Shown in pieces: positions 36,502-44,133 of a DNA stretch of 64,000 bases. The stretch covers positions 1-64,000 of IMG/VR virus record IMGVR_UViG_3300021399_000147; one strand, 5' to 3'. Both the position numbers and the translations under genes were made by a program. Each line of letters begins with the position of its first letter. Positions within the stretch are counted from its first letter, which is position 1. A model generated the notes under the pieces. That model was not told the DNA's origin, did no database searches, and worked only from the letters and a program-made list of their open reading frames with translations. Source of the stretch: a virus. Its lineage: Duplodnaviria > Caudoviricetes.

Positions 36502-36639
36502 ATGAAGATGTATTTAGAAGTAATAAATGGCTATGAGGTTTATTATACAGATGGTGATTGGGTTGTAGAAGATGAATATGGCTGTTGCACACCATATGAG
36601 ACATTTGAAGATGCCAAAGCGGCAGCAGAAGAAATGTAA
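36502..36639 (+). CDS. Small acidic protein (45 aa)
   Basis: AGAGG RBS; MKMYLEVINGYEVY... Confidence 0.45.
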   Translation: MKMYLEVINGYEVYYTDGDWVVEDEYGCCTPYETFEDAKAAAEEM

Positions 36640-36640
36640 A

Positions 36641-36712
36641 TTACCTATTGCAGGTTAGCAGTCAGAGTGCTAACCTATACTTGTAAACAAACACACACAT
36701 ATTTGAAAGGGG
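36641..36712 (+). promoter_or_regulatory. Conserved early promoter element, copy 11 (hairpin type)
   Basis: TTACCTATTG; AGGTTAGCA-gtcagag-TGCTAACCT; TGTAAAC; GAAAGGGG. Confidence 0.7.
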
Positions 36713-36720
36713 TAAACATT

Positions 36721-36978
36721 ATGCAGAGAAGAAAATCATTATCCGAGAAAGATGTTAGAACAGTTTTAGCCGTCATTGAGTGCTTCCAAGAGCAGAATCA
36801 TTATAGATTTGATGAGATGAACCGTATCATGGGAAATCTGACAATCGAAGATATGATAGCCTTGAAGTCAAAGCTAGAGAAGTGGAAGGGCGAAGAAGTT
36901 GTAGATGAGTATGAAGATGTGGACATGGATGAGTATAGAGAATCCTATGCTGATTATATAGCACCATATATCTATTAA
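36721..36978 (+). CDS. Hypothetical protein with acidic tail
   Basis: ATG 36721 after RBS of copy 11. Confidence 0.55.
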   Translation: MQRRKSLSEKDVRTVLAVIECFQEQNHYRFDEMNRIMGNLTIEDMIALKSKLEKWKGEEVVDEYEDVDMDEYRESYADYIAPYIY

Positions 36979-36993
36979 GAAAGGAGAAATATT

Positions 36994-37197
36994 ATGTTAA
37001 TGATTACAACACCAAATGGTAAATTAGAGCTTAGAAGTTTTGGCAAGTCCATGTACGGAGGATGGTATTTAGATTACTATGACTTCAACCTTGAGAAGAT
37101 GGACGGTATAAAGAGAAATACGCTCCGTGAGTTATGTGAGTGGGCAGGTGTAGATAAATCTACTATGATTAAGAGAGTAAAGAGATGGGACAATTAA
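36994..37197 (+). CDS. Small hypothetical protein
   Basis: AAAGGAG RBS. Confidence 0.55.
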   Translation: MLMITTPNGKLELRSFGKSMYGGWYLDYYDFNLEKMDGIKRNTLRELCEWAGVDKSTMIKRVKRWDN

Positions 37198-37300
37198 AAT
37201 AATCGTGCCAGGATGACTTTCCAGACACTTTAAACATCTATGTCGATAAAAGTATCATCTGAGATATTTAGGTGTCTGGAAAAGCGAAGGCAGAATAAAA

Positions 37301-37378
37301 TTCCTGTTGAAGCAGTATTTCCAATATGCTATCCTGTTCTTGTAAGAAATAACACACATTTGAAAGATATGAAAGGAG
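37301..37378 (+). promoter_or_regulatory. Conserved early promoter element, copy 12
   Basis: TTCCTGTTGAAG...TGCTATCCT...TGTAAG...ACACAC...AAAGGAG. Confidence 0.75.
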
Positions 37379-37385
37379 AACCTAT

Positions 37386-37553
37386 ATGTTGATGGCAGTA
37401 TTCAATGCTAAGGTGTATCTTGAAAGAGCAAACAGCGACCACTTTGAGGCATCAAAGTTACTTCACAGAGATTATCAGAGAGGATACTACACAGAAGATG
37501 AGTACCTTGAGATGATGGATGTGCTTGCATCTAAGATGATGTGGGAGCACTGA
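37386..37553 (+). CDS. Small hypothetical protein (55 aa)
   Basis: Single ORF between copies 12 and 13. Confidence 0.55.
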   Translation: MLMAVFNAKVYLERANSDHFEASKLLHRDYQRGYYTEDEYLEMMDVLASKMMWEH

Positions 37554-37565
37554 TAACTGAATAAG

Positions 37566-37636
37566 TTCCGCTTGAAAGAATAGCAACTAAGTGCTATCCT
37601 GTTCTTGTAAACAGAAAACACACATTTGAAAAGGAG
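37566..37636 (+). promoter_or_regulatory. Conserved early promoter element, copy 13
   Basis: TTCCGCTTGAAA...TGCTATCCT...TGTAAAC...ACACAC...AAAGGAG. Confidence 0.7.
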
Positions 37637-37644
37637 ATACCAAT

Positions 37645-37908
37645 ATGAAAATTGAAATTTTAATTCCATACCTTATTCGTCAAGTAGTTGATGTAACTGT
37701 TACAGAATGTCCTATGGGCATCAAGTGTTACGAAAGTGACGAGATTGAGTTTATGTTATTTGGAAGAACCCATGTGTTGACCTTCACAATAGAAGAGAGA
37801 CCTGACAGTAAAACCTTGTACTATACGATTGATAGAAATTATGATGACCAGAAAGCTCTTAGAGAGAATGAATTTACCTACAATTTAGTGAAGGAGGTGA
37901 CAGTATGA
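37645..37908 (+). CDS. Hypothetical protein
   Basis: ORF after copy 13. Confidence 0.55.
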   Translation: MKIEILIPYLIRQVVDVTVTECPMGIKCYESDEIEFMLFGRTHVLTFTIEERPDSKTLYYTIDRNYDDQKALRENEFTYNLVKEVTV

Positions 37909-38072
37909 GTCAGCGTCCATGTATAGGTTGTATCTACTATAAGCAGTGCGGTGAAAGCACAAGAACAATGCCATGTGAAGGCAGAATGACAAAGACCGAT
38001 AAGAAAAGACGAGAGGAACTAATAAGAGAGGGAGAAAGGGAGCAGGCTAGAAGAGCCTTCTACGAAGATTAA
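37905..38072 (+). CDS. Small Cys-containing basic protein (55 aa)
   Basis: AGGAGG RBS; CIGCIYYKQC...PC. Confidence 0.5.
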   Translation: MSQRPCIGCIYYKQCGESTRTMPCEGRMTKTDKKRREELIREGEREQARRAFYED

Positions 38073-38181
38073 AAGGGAGAGAGGAAAACAGTATGATAAA
38101 AGGATATTACACAGACGGGGATGGAAAGACATATGCGTATGAGAACGGCGAATGGAAAGAAATCGAAGAAGGAGATAAGAG

Positions 38182-38637
38182 ATGAACACACCATATAATG
38201 AATATTCAGCAGGAGATGTAGCAGAGATATTAAAGGTAGACAGGTCAACAATTACATATTGGTGTAGAAAAGGTTTGATAATTGCAAAGAGTGTTAGTGA
38301 TGGTGCAAAAAATGCCCGTTGGGTTATTCCAGAAAAAGAAGTAGAATATCTTAGGCAGCTCGGTAAGCAGTATGGAAGTAAAGGAATCATGAAGCACTAT
38401 GAAAGAGTGGGAGAAGAGATAACTCCAGCTGTTGCAGTACCTACTATAAAAGATGATACCCCTACAACAGAAATCAAAAAAGAGGCGGCACCAAAGAAGT
38501 TCGATATAGATGAAATAGCCTTACAAATAGCACAAATCCAAGATATAAAAGAAGAACTAAATAATCTGGATGCAAGAAAGACCCAACTTCTTAATGAGCT
38601 GGAAGCAATAAGAAAAGACATTCAGCCATATCTCTAA
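38182..38637 (+). CDS. MerR/excisionase-type HTH protein with C-terminal coiled coil
   Basis: YSAGDVAEILKVDRSTITYWCRKGLI.A...RWVIP. Confidence 0.75.
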   Translation: MNTPYNEYSAGDVAEILKVDRSTITYWCRKGLIIAKSVSDGAKNARWVIPEKEVEYLRQLGKQYGSKGIMKHYERVGEEITPAVAVPTIKDDTPTTEIKKEAAPKKFDIDEIALQIAQIQDIKEELNNLDARKTQLLNELEAIRKDIQPYL

Positions 38638-38642
38638 TCAGA

Positions 38643-38678
38643 AATAGGGGCGGTATAAAGAGTACTGCTCCTATTTTA
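38643..38678 (+). terminator. Intrinsic terminator
   Basis: AATAGGGGCGGTA-taagag-TACTGCTCCTATT then TT. Confidence 0.65.
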
Positions 38679-39260
38679 ATATATCCATATATAGTCACTA
38701 ATAAATCATAATATCCCTAATAAATCATCAATCAAATCAGAAAAGCATAATCCAATCAGAAAAGCAGGGCGGCATAAAAGACACCTGTGATTATAAAAAT
38801 AACCAGTAATACCATATTCCAATATAATCAATAGAAGTAGTAATAGTATAGATAGATATACCAACATGCCCTCTTGCCTTCTTTTAGCCTTGTATTCACA
38901 GAAATGTTGTAGCCATCTGTGTTTGTCTTAGTTTTTAGTACATCTTCCTTTATCCATTTTTAGCCCCTTTCCCATCATCCTTCTCCCTCATCCTTATTAT
39001 CATTAGCCCGGCGCCCGCCGTCGATATTTGATTTCAATCAAACAATTTCGCCATCCTAGGCCCAAAATGGCACGTTTTTGAGCCATTTTTGCTCCATTGG
39101 CGATTCTCGTTGTGCAAGGTGCACAAGTCTCCATTTCAGCATCCCCGCAGGGTTTGGGGAGGATGGCAACGATATTTCGATAGGTAGTGTTTTTTTTTAT
39201 CGAGTAGGAAACACGATATTTCGTAATGCCATCCTGAGGTATTGTGATTTTGCACAAAAG

Positions 39261-39327
39261 TTCCTATTGTAGGAAAGTGCTGGACGTGATACCATAAAAT
39301 AAAAACAGCACACAGATTTGAAAGGAG
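39261..39327 (+). promoter_or_regulatory. Conserved early promoter element, copy 14 (divergent)
   Basis: TTCCTATTGTAG...TGATACCAT...CACAC...TTGAAAGGAG. Confidence 0.6.
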
Positions 39328-39336
39328 AACCTAATT

Positions 39337-39588
39337 ATGATGAACTTTGGAAGATTGGAAAGCCTGATGTACGATTGTAGAATGAACCTGTATTGGAGAG
39401 ATGGCTACGATTTTATAGACCTGAGAGATGCAAAGGTGGCAAAGATAGAGGGTAATGAGATTGTCCTCTATGATGAGAAAGAAAACCTATATTGGCACTA
39501 TGAGATAGATTCATTAGAGGCTAAGCTAGATTCCCTTAAAGATATCCATGCCAATGAGTTTAAGAGTCTATTCCGTATGTCAAGATAA
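39337..39588 (+). CDS. Small hypothetical protein
   Basis: ORF after copy 14, followed by terminator at about 39594-39638. Confidence 0.55.
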   Translation: MMNFGRLESLMYDCRMNLYWRDGYDFIDLRDAKVAKIEGNEIVLYDEKENLYWHYEIDSLEAKLDSLKDIHANEFKSLFRMSR

Positions 39589-39931
39589 TCCCTTAGCACC
39601 GCCCATTGATTTGAGTGGTGCTATTTTTAGGTCTCCATATTCCCCATTATAACAGGCTCCATTTGCCTGCCCATCAGGTAATTCTCCCATCTACCATCCT
39701 CCATTGGCCCATCACGCTCCCCCGGTAATCTCCGTAGGGGCAGATGGAACATGGCCCATTAACGTGGTGCTGGAGGTAGAGGTATGGAGGGTGTGAGGAG
39801 CGGGAGGAGAAAATGTGTGACTAAATTTTTACATTATATAGAAGAAACACAACTAAAAACAGCTCAAATGCAGTAATAGCAAGCGTTACAAGCATTTTAG
39901 AAACTTTTTTCAAAAAATTTTAAAATTATAC

Positions 39932-39960
39932 TTGTAAACAAGAATAAATTGTGCTACTGT
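39932..39960 (+). promoter_or_regulatory. sigmaA-type promoter
   Basis: TTGTAA-17 bp-TACTGT with extended TG; AT-rich UP-like tract upstream. Confidence 0.6.
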
Positions 39961-40084
39961 ATATACAGAAACAAACAAGTCTAGTTGTTTCTAGTCGTGT
40001 TCACGACTTTGTTAGTATCTAAACTAACACACTATAACACACAGTAACGTAAAAACATTGTAAAATTGAAAGGAAAAAACGAAC

Positions 40085-40576
40085 ATGAAAAAGAACACAG
40101 CAACAACTAACAACAATGCAACTAATAACAATAATAGTTTTGAGATGACAAAAAAAGTCTTTGCTACTAAAGAGCAACTACTTGATTTTACTAAGTATAT
40201 GAGCGAACATAATTTTAACACAGCTACAGCTCTTACAAGAGAAGATAAGCCTATCAACGTTACAGTTGCCACTCACTTAGTAACGTACACAGGAGATACA
40301 AACAAGGGAACGTTGATAAGTGTTTGGAATACAAACAAAAAGAGTCGTACTTGCTACAGTGTACGCATAAGCGTTGATTTACAGAAAAAGCTCGAAGCTA
40401 TGAATAAATCATTAAAAGTGCTTTTCAGTAATTTTAAGTATGCTGATTCTAATGAAAATAGATGTGATTTTTATAGTATCGACGACGTAAAACTGTTTTT
40501 TGATAAGATGTTTAGTTATACAGAGTCTGCTAAGAGCGTCAAGAAAATTACAGAAAGCGAAGTGAAAACAGCGTGA
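40085..40576 (+). CDS. Hypothetical protein (Asn/Thr-rich N-terminus)
   Basis: TGAAAGG RBS; long ORF in AT-rich island. Confidence 0.55.
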   Translation: MKKNTATTNNNATNNNNSFEMTKKVFATKEQLLDFTKYMSEHNFNTATALTREDKPINVTVATHLVTYTGDTNKGTLISVWNTNKKSRTCYSVRISVDLQKKLEAMNKSLKVLFSNFKYADSNENRCDFYSIDDVKLFFDKMFSYTESAKSVKKITESEVKTA

Positions 40577-40695
40577 TAATATTTACAGTTTGTAGCATTA
40601 CATTTTTAATCACATTATATAAAATATTCAAGTAAAAACAGAGTCGCAAGTGTATAAAAAGCACTTGCGACAATATGAAAGTGAGATAATAGAAA

Positions 40696-41016
40696 ATGAA
40701 TAGTAATACTTTAGCTTTAATGTATATAGAACTTGCAAAAGTTAATAGTGAAAGTAATATTGATATTAAAAATATAGAATTATTAAATACTAGTGACGTG
40801 ACTATATATACTTATAGAAATAGTGAAAATTCAAACGATAACGATTATATAGTTGTTATGTATAGTGATTTTTTAGATACTAATTCAAATGAAACTTTTT
40901 GCGCACAATTGTTTTTTAATGTATCTCAATATAATGTCACACATAAACTCAATAATGAGTATGTGAGAAGTAGACAACTTGAAGTAGCTTATCTATATGC
41001 ATTAAATATGCACTAA
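40696..41016 (+). CDS. Hypothetical protein (very AT-rich)
   Basis: ORF followed by strong terminator. Confidence 0.5.
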   Translation: MNSNTLALMYIELAKVNSESNIDIKNIELLNTSDVTIYTYRNSENSNDNDYIVVMYSDFLDTNSNETFCAQLFFNVSQYNVTHKLNNEYVRSRQLEVAYLYALNMH

Positions 41017-41029
41017 ATAATAAACTTAT

Positions 41030-41069
41030 ATAGCTTGCTAGTCTTAAAACACTAGCAAGCTATTTTTTT
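41030..41069 (+). terminator. Intrinsic terminator
   Basis: ATAGCTTGCTAGT-loop-ACTAGCAAGCTAT then T-run. Confidence 0.8.
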
Positions 41070-41217
41070 ATGCTTTATTAAATATGTTATATATTATTTT
41101 TCTCTGTTTTCTTGACGTTCTATATACTTAAAATATCATTCTAATATAAAATATTATTTACATACTTTTTTATCGTTACAAGTCGATTTTTGACGCTATT
41201 TAATTGCGTACAATCTT

Positions 41218-41233
41218 TGTTTCACGTGAAACA
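41218..41233. promoter_or_regulatory. parS: parS centromere site (perfect 16-bp palindrome)
   Basis: TGTTTCACGTGAAACA, identical to the canonical bacterial ParB/Spo0J binding consensus. Confidence 0.85.
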
Positions 41234-41299
41234 TTACTACGCTACCACCCCCTATTCGTACATATGTTCGATAGAGAGCTACGTGAGCGAGTAGGCACC

Positions 41300-41439
41300 C
41301 GGACACAGCCTGGTAAGTTTTCATATAACCGTGACCTGTCCTTCAAAATAACTTCGGACACAGCCTAGGTAGATTTACTTATAACCGTGCCTGGTCGTTC
41401 ACTAAAATACTTGCCTGGAATGATTTTCGTATAACCGTG
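41300..41439 (+). repeat. Three imperfect 50-56 bp direct repeats upstream of the terminase operon
   Basis: CGGACACAGCCT at 41300 and 41355; TATAACCGTG at 41324, 41380, 41430. Confidence 0.75.
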
Positions 41440-41560
41440 AGAGGTCGCGGAAGGCTGTGGTTTCAATAAATGCCAAAATGATGTGTCATTTTAGCCAATA
41501 TATTTGTAAAAAATGGCGCGTATGTGTTATAGTATGTTTACAAAGGAGGGGCTAGATTAT

Positions 41561-41923
41561 ATGTCACCAACACCAGTTACTTTAGCTAGAACAATGGCAA
41601 ATGCGCTGAACCGCCTATATGGCACACATATTGTTATCAACACAACACAGTTCTTTGGAGGCGAGGGTAAACTCGTCAGGATGTACGTCATCAAGGATGC
41701 GTATTTCTTGGGCAGCAAGAAGAACTACTCGGACAAGGAGTTGTTTAAGACTGCTAGTGGAGTATATACCTGTCTTTTTATGAGGGATATGTTGTTTGCG
41801 TTTCAAGGTAAACCTCCGGCAGAGATTACAAACGAGGGTTACCTTAATGTTTTTGCTAAGAAGAATGGACAAGCAAGCATAGATTATATGCTGGAAAAGT
41901 ATTTAGGAGGTAAGGAAGAATGA
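41561..41923 (+). CDS. Hypothetical protein upstream of terS
   Basis: AAGGAGG RBS, ATG 41561; extended -10 TGTTATAGT upstream. Confidence 0.55.
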   Translation: MSPTPVTLARTMANALNRLYGTHIVINTTQFFGGEGKLVRMYVIKDAYFLGSKKNYSDKELFKTASGVYTCLFMRDMLFAFQGKPPAEITNEGYLNVFAKKNGQASIDYMLEKYLGGKEE

Positions 41924-42411
41924 TTAGTTCACAGATGCCAGAAGACGCCGTACCTAGCGTCAAGAAACACATTTTAGAGGGGACGTGCGTAACACAGGAC
42001 GGTACACGTCTTACCCCAAAAGAAGATAAGTTTATCAGTTTGTACATCCAGTACTCGGATCCTATAAAGGCAGCTAGAGAAGCTGGGTACATGGTACGAC
42101 CTGACAGAAAGAACAAGGACTTGGCTTATGCTCACAAAGGTAAATCTCTTTTAGCTAAAGACTATATCCGTAATGAGATTGCGGCTAGAATGGATATGAT
42201 AAGAGATGAACAGATAGCAGATGCTAAGGAAGTTCTTGTATATCTTACTAAGGTAATGCGAGGAGAAATCAAGGACCAGTTTGATATTGATGCTTCATTG
42301 TCTGAAAGGACTGCAGCCGCTAAGGAACTGAACAGAAGGTTCAAAGAGCTTGAGGATGCGAAAGAACATGGACCAGCTAAGGAAGTACATCTTGTTCTGA
42401 GGAGGGAATAA
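41920..42411 (+). CDS. terS: Terminase small subunit
   Basis: LTPKEDKF..LY...AAREAGY, IADAKEVL.YLT.VMRGE..DQF, ERTAAAKEL. Confidence 0.85.
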   Translation: MISSQMPEDAVPSVKKHILEGTCVTQDGTRLTPKEDKFISLYIQYSDPIKAAREAGYMVRPDRKNKDLAYAHKGKSLLAKDYIRNEIAARMDMIRDEQIADAKEVLVYLTKVMRGEIKDQFDIDASLSERTAAAKELNRRFKELEDAKEHGPAKEVHLVLRRE

Positions 42412-43718
42412 TGGGTAGACCGAGAAAAGCTAAAGAAAAGAAGGGAGAGATTATCTTAGATGTTAATGAGAATATCGCTCCCGTTTATTTTTCCGCAATG
42501 GATGATATTTTAGACCATGGGCACGTACACTATGTCTTTAAAGGGGGACGAGGCTCTGCTAAATCTTCTTTTATTTCAGAGATGATACCACTACTACTCA
42601 TAAATAATCCTAAAACTCATGCCATAGTGTTTAGAAAGATTGGTAATACTATCAAGAACTCTGTATGGGCACAGGTAGTTTGGGGAATAGATAGATGGGG
42701 ACTCAGAGATTACTTTCAGATACCTAAGACTATTGCCAATCCTATTGTATATAAACCTACAGGACAGCAGATATTATTTATGGGACTTGATGACCCTAAC
42801 AAAGTAAAGTCTGTAAAGTTGCCTTTCGGATATATCGGAATAACATGGTGGGAAGAGCTTGACCAGTTCTCTGGTGAAAAAGAAATTCGTAAAGTATTAC
42901 AGTCAACAATGCGTGGTGGTACAGATTTTTGGGACTTTAGAAGTTTTAACCCACCTATCTCTAATCTTAATTGGGCTAATCAGTATGCCGCAGATGCATT
43001 GAGCAGAGAGAATACCCTTGTAACATCAACGAACTACAATGATATTCCAGCAGAGTGGTTAGGACAAGCATTTATAGATGAAGCTATGGACTTAAAAGAA
43101 ACTAATCCTAGAGCGTATGAGCATGAATATTTAGGAATACCTGTAGGTACAGGTGGTAATGTCTTTGAGAACGTAGAACCTATGTACATGACAGATGAGT
43201 TTATCAATTCCTTTGAGAGAACAAATGCAGGTGTTGACTGGGGGTGGTACCCAGACCCGTTTGCTTTCACTAAATGTAGTGTGGATATTAGTAGAAGGTG
43301 TGTTTATATCTTTGCGGAGTTTAGATGTAATAAGTTATCTAACAGACAGACGTTTGATAAACTGTATCATGAATTACAGTATTGTGGCAGACCTTATTTA
43401 TCGCCTGATGAGATTGTTACTTGTGATAGTGCTGAGCCTAAATCTATCTCAGACTGGAAAGATTATGGAGCATTTGGAGCTAGACCTGTGAAGAAAGAGC
43501 CTGACAGCATCAACTATTCTATGAAGTGGTTACAGTCAATGAAACATATCTACATAGACCCTAAAAGATGCCCTGAGACCTATAAAGAGTTTATAGAGTA
43601 CGAATATGACAGAGATAAAGATGATGAGGTAGTCAGTGGCTATCCTGATGCAAACAACCACAGTATAGATAGTGTAAGATATGCGACCAGTGGATATTGG
43701 AGAAGAAGAGGTCAGTGA
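42411..43718 (+). CDS. terL: Terminase large subunit (PBSX family)
   Basis: GGRGSAKS, WEELDQF, SFNPP, GVDWG, CDSAEP, NHSIDSVRY. Confidence 0.95.
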   Translation: MGRPRKAKEKKGEIILDVNENIAPVYFSAMDDILDHGHVHYVFKGGRGSAKSSFISEMIPLLLINNPKTHAIVFRKIGNTIKNSVWAQVVWGIDRWGLRDYFQIPKTIANPIVYKPTGQQILFMGLDDPNKVKSVKLPFGYIGITWWEELDQFSGEKEIRKVLQSTMRGGTDFWDFRSFNPPISNLNWANQYAADALSRENTLVTSTNYNDIPAEWLGQAFIDEAMDLKETNPRAYEHEYLGIPVGTGGNVFENVEPMYMTDEFINSFERTNAGVDWGWYPDPFAFTKCSVDISRRCVYIFAEFRCNKLSNRQTFDKLYHELQYCGRPYLSPDEIVTCDSAEPKSISDWKDYGAFGARPVKKEPDSINYSMKWLQSMKHIYIDPKRCPETYKEFIEYEYDRDKDDEVVSGYPDANNHSIDSVRYATSGYWRRRGQ

Positions 43719-43769
43719 TTGAATATATGATGGCTGAATGTTATACTACATATATAAAGGAGGGCAAGT

Positions 43770-44123
43770 ATGGAGAAAAGAGTGGTCAACATTTTAGGTA
43801 CAGAGTGGACCATATTATTTGGTACAGAATCACAGTTTCCTAATCTTAAAGATAACGATGGATATATGGATAGTTCAATAAGGTGCATAGTTATTGATGA
43901 TATGTCCGCTTCTGAAAATGATGCTTCCGCTAAGAAAGATATGGATGCATATAAGAAACAGGTACTGCGACATGAGATTGTTCATGCGTTTATGTTTGAA
44001 AGCGGTCTTGACAGCAGTAGTAATTCACATGAGCATTGGGCTGTAAACGAAGAAATGGTAGATTGGATGGCTATTCAGTTACCAAAGATAATTGATGCTT
44101 GTAGAGAAGCATTAGCATTATAA
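43770..44123 (+). CDS. HExxH metallopeptidase-like protein
   Basis: VLRHEIVHAF...EE.VDW between terL and portal. Confidence 0.55.
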   Translation: MEKRVVNILGTEWTILFGTESQFPNLKDNDGYMDSSIRCIVIDDMSASENDASAKKDMDAYKKQVLRHEIVHAFMFESGLDSSSNSHEHWAVNEEMVDWMAIQLPKIIDACREALAL

Positions 44124-44133
44124 GGAGAAACTT

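Noticed and set aside
26520-39327. Repeated intergenic element as a CRISPR array or integron attC array
   Set aside because: Spacing is irregular and gene-sized, the repeats have promoter/RBS anatomy, and no cas1/cas2 or integron integrase is present
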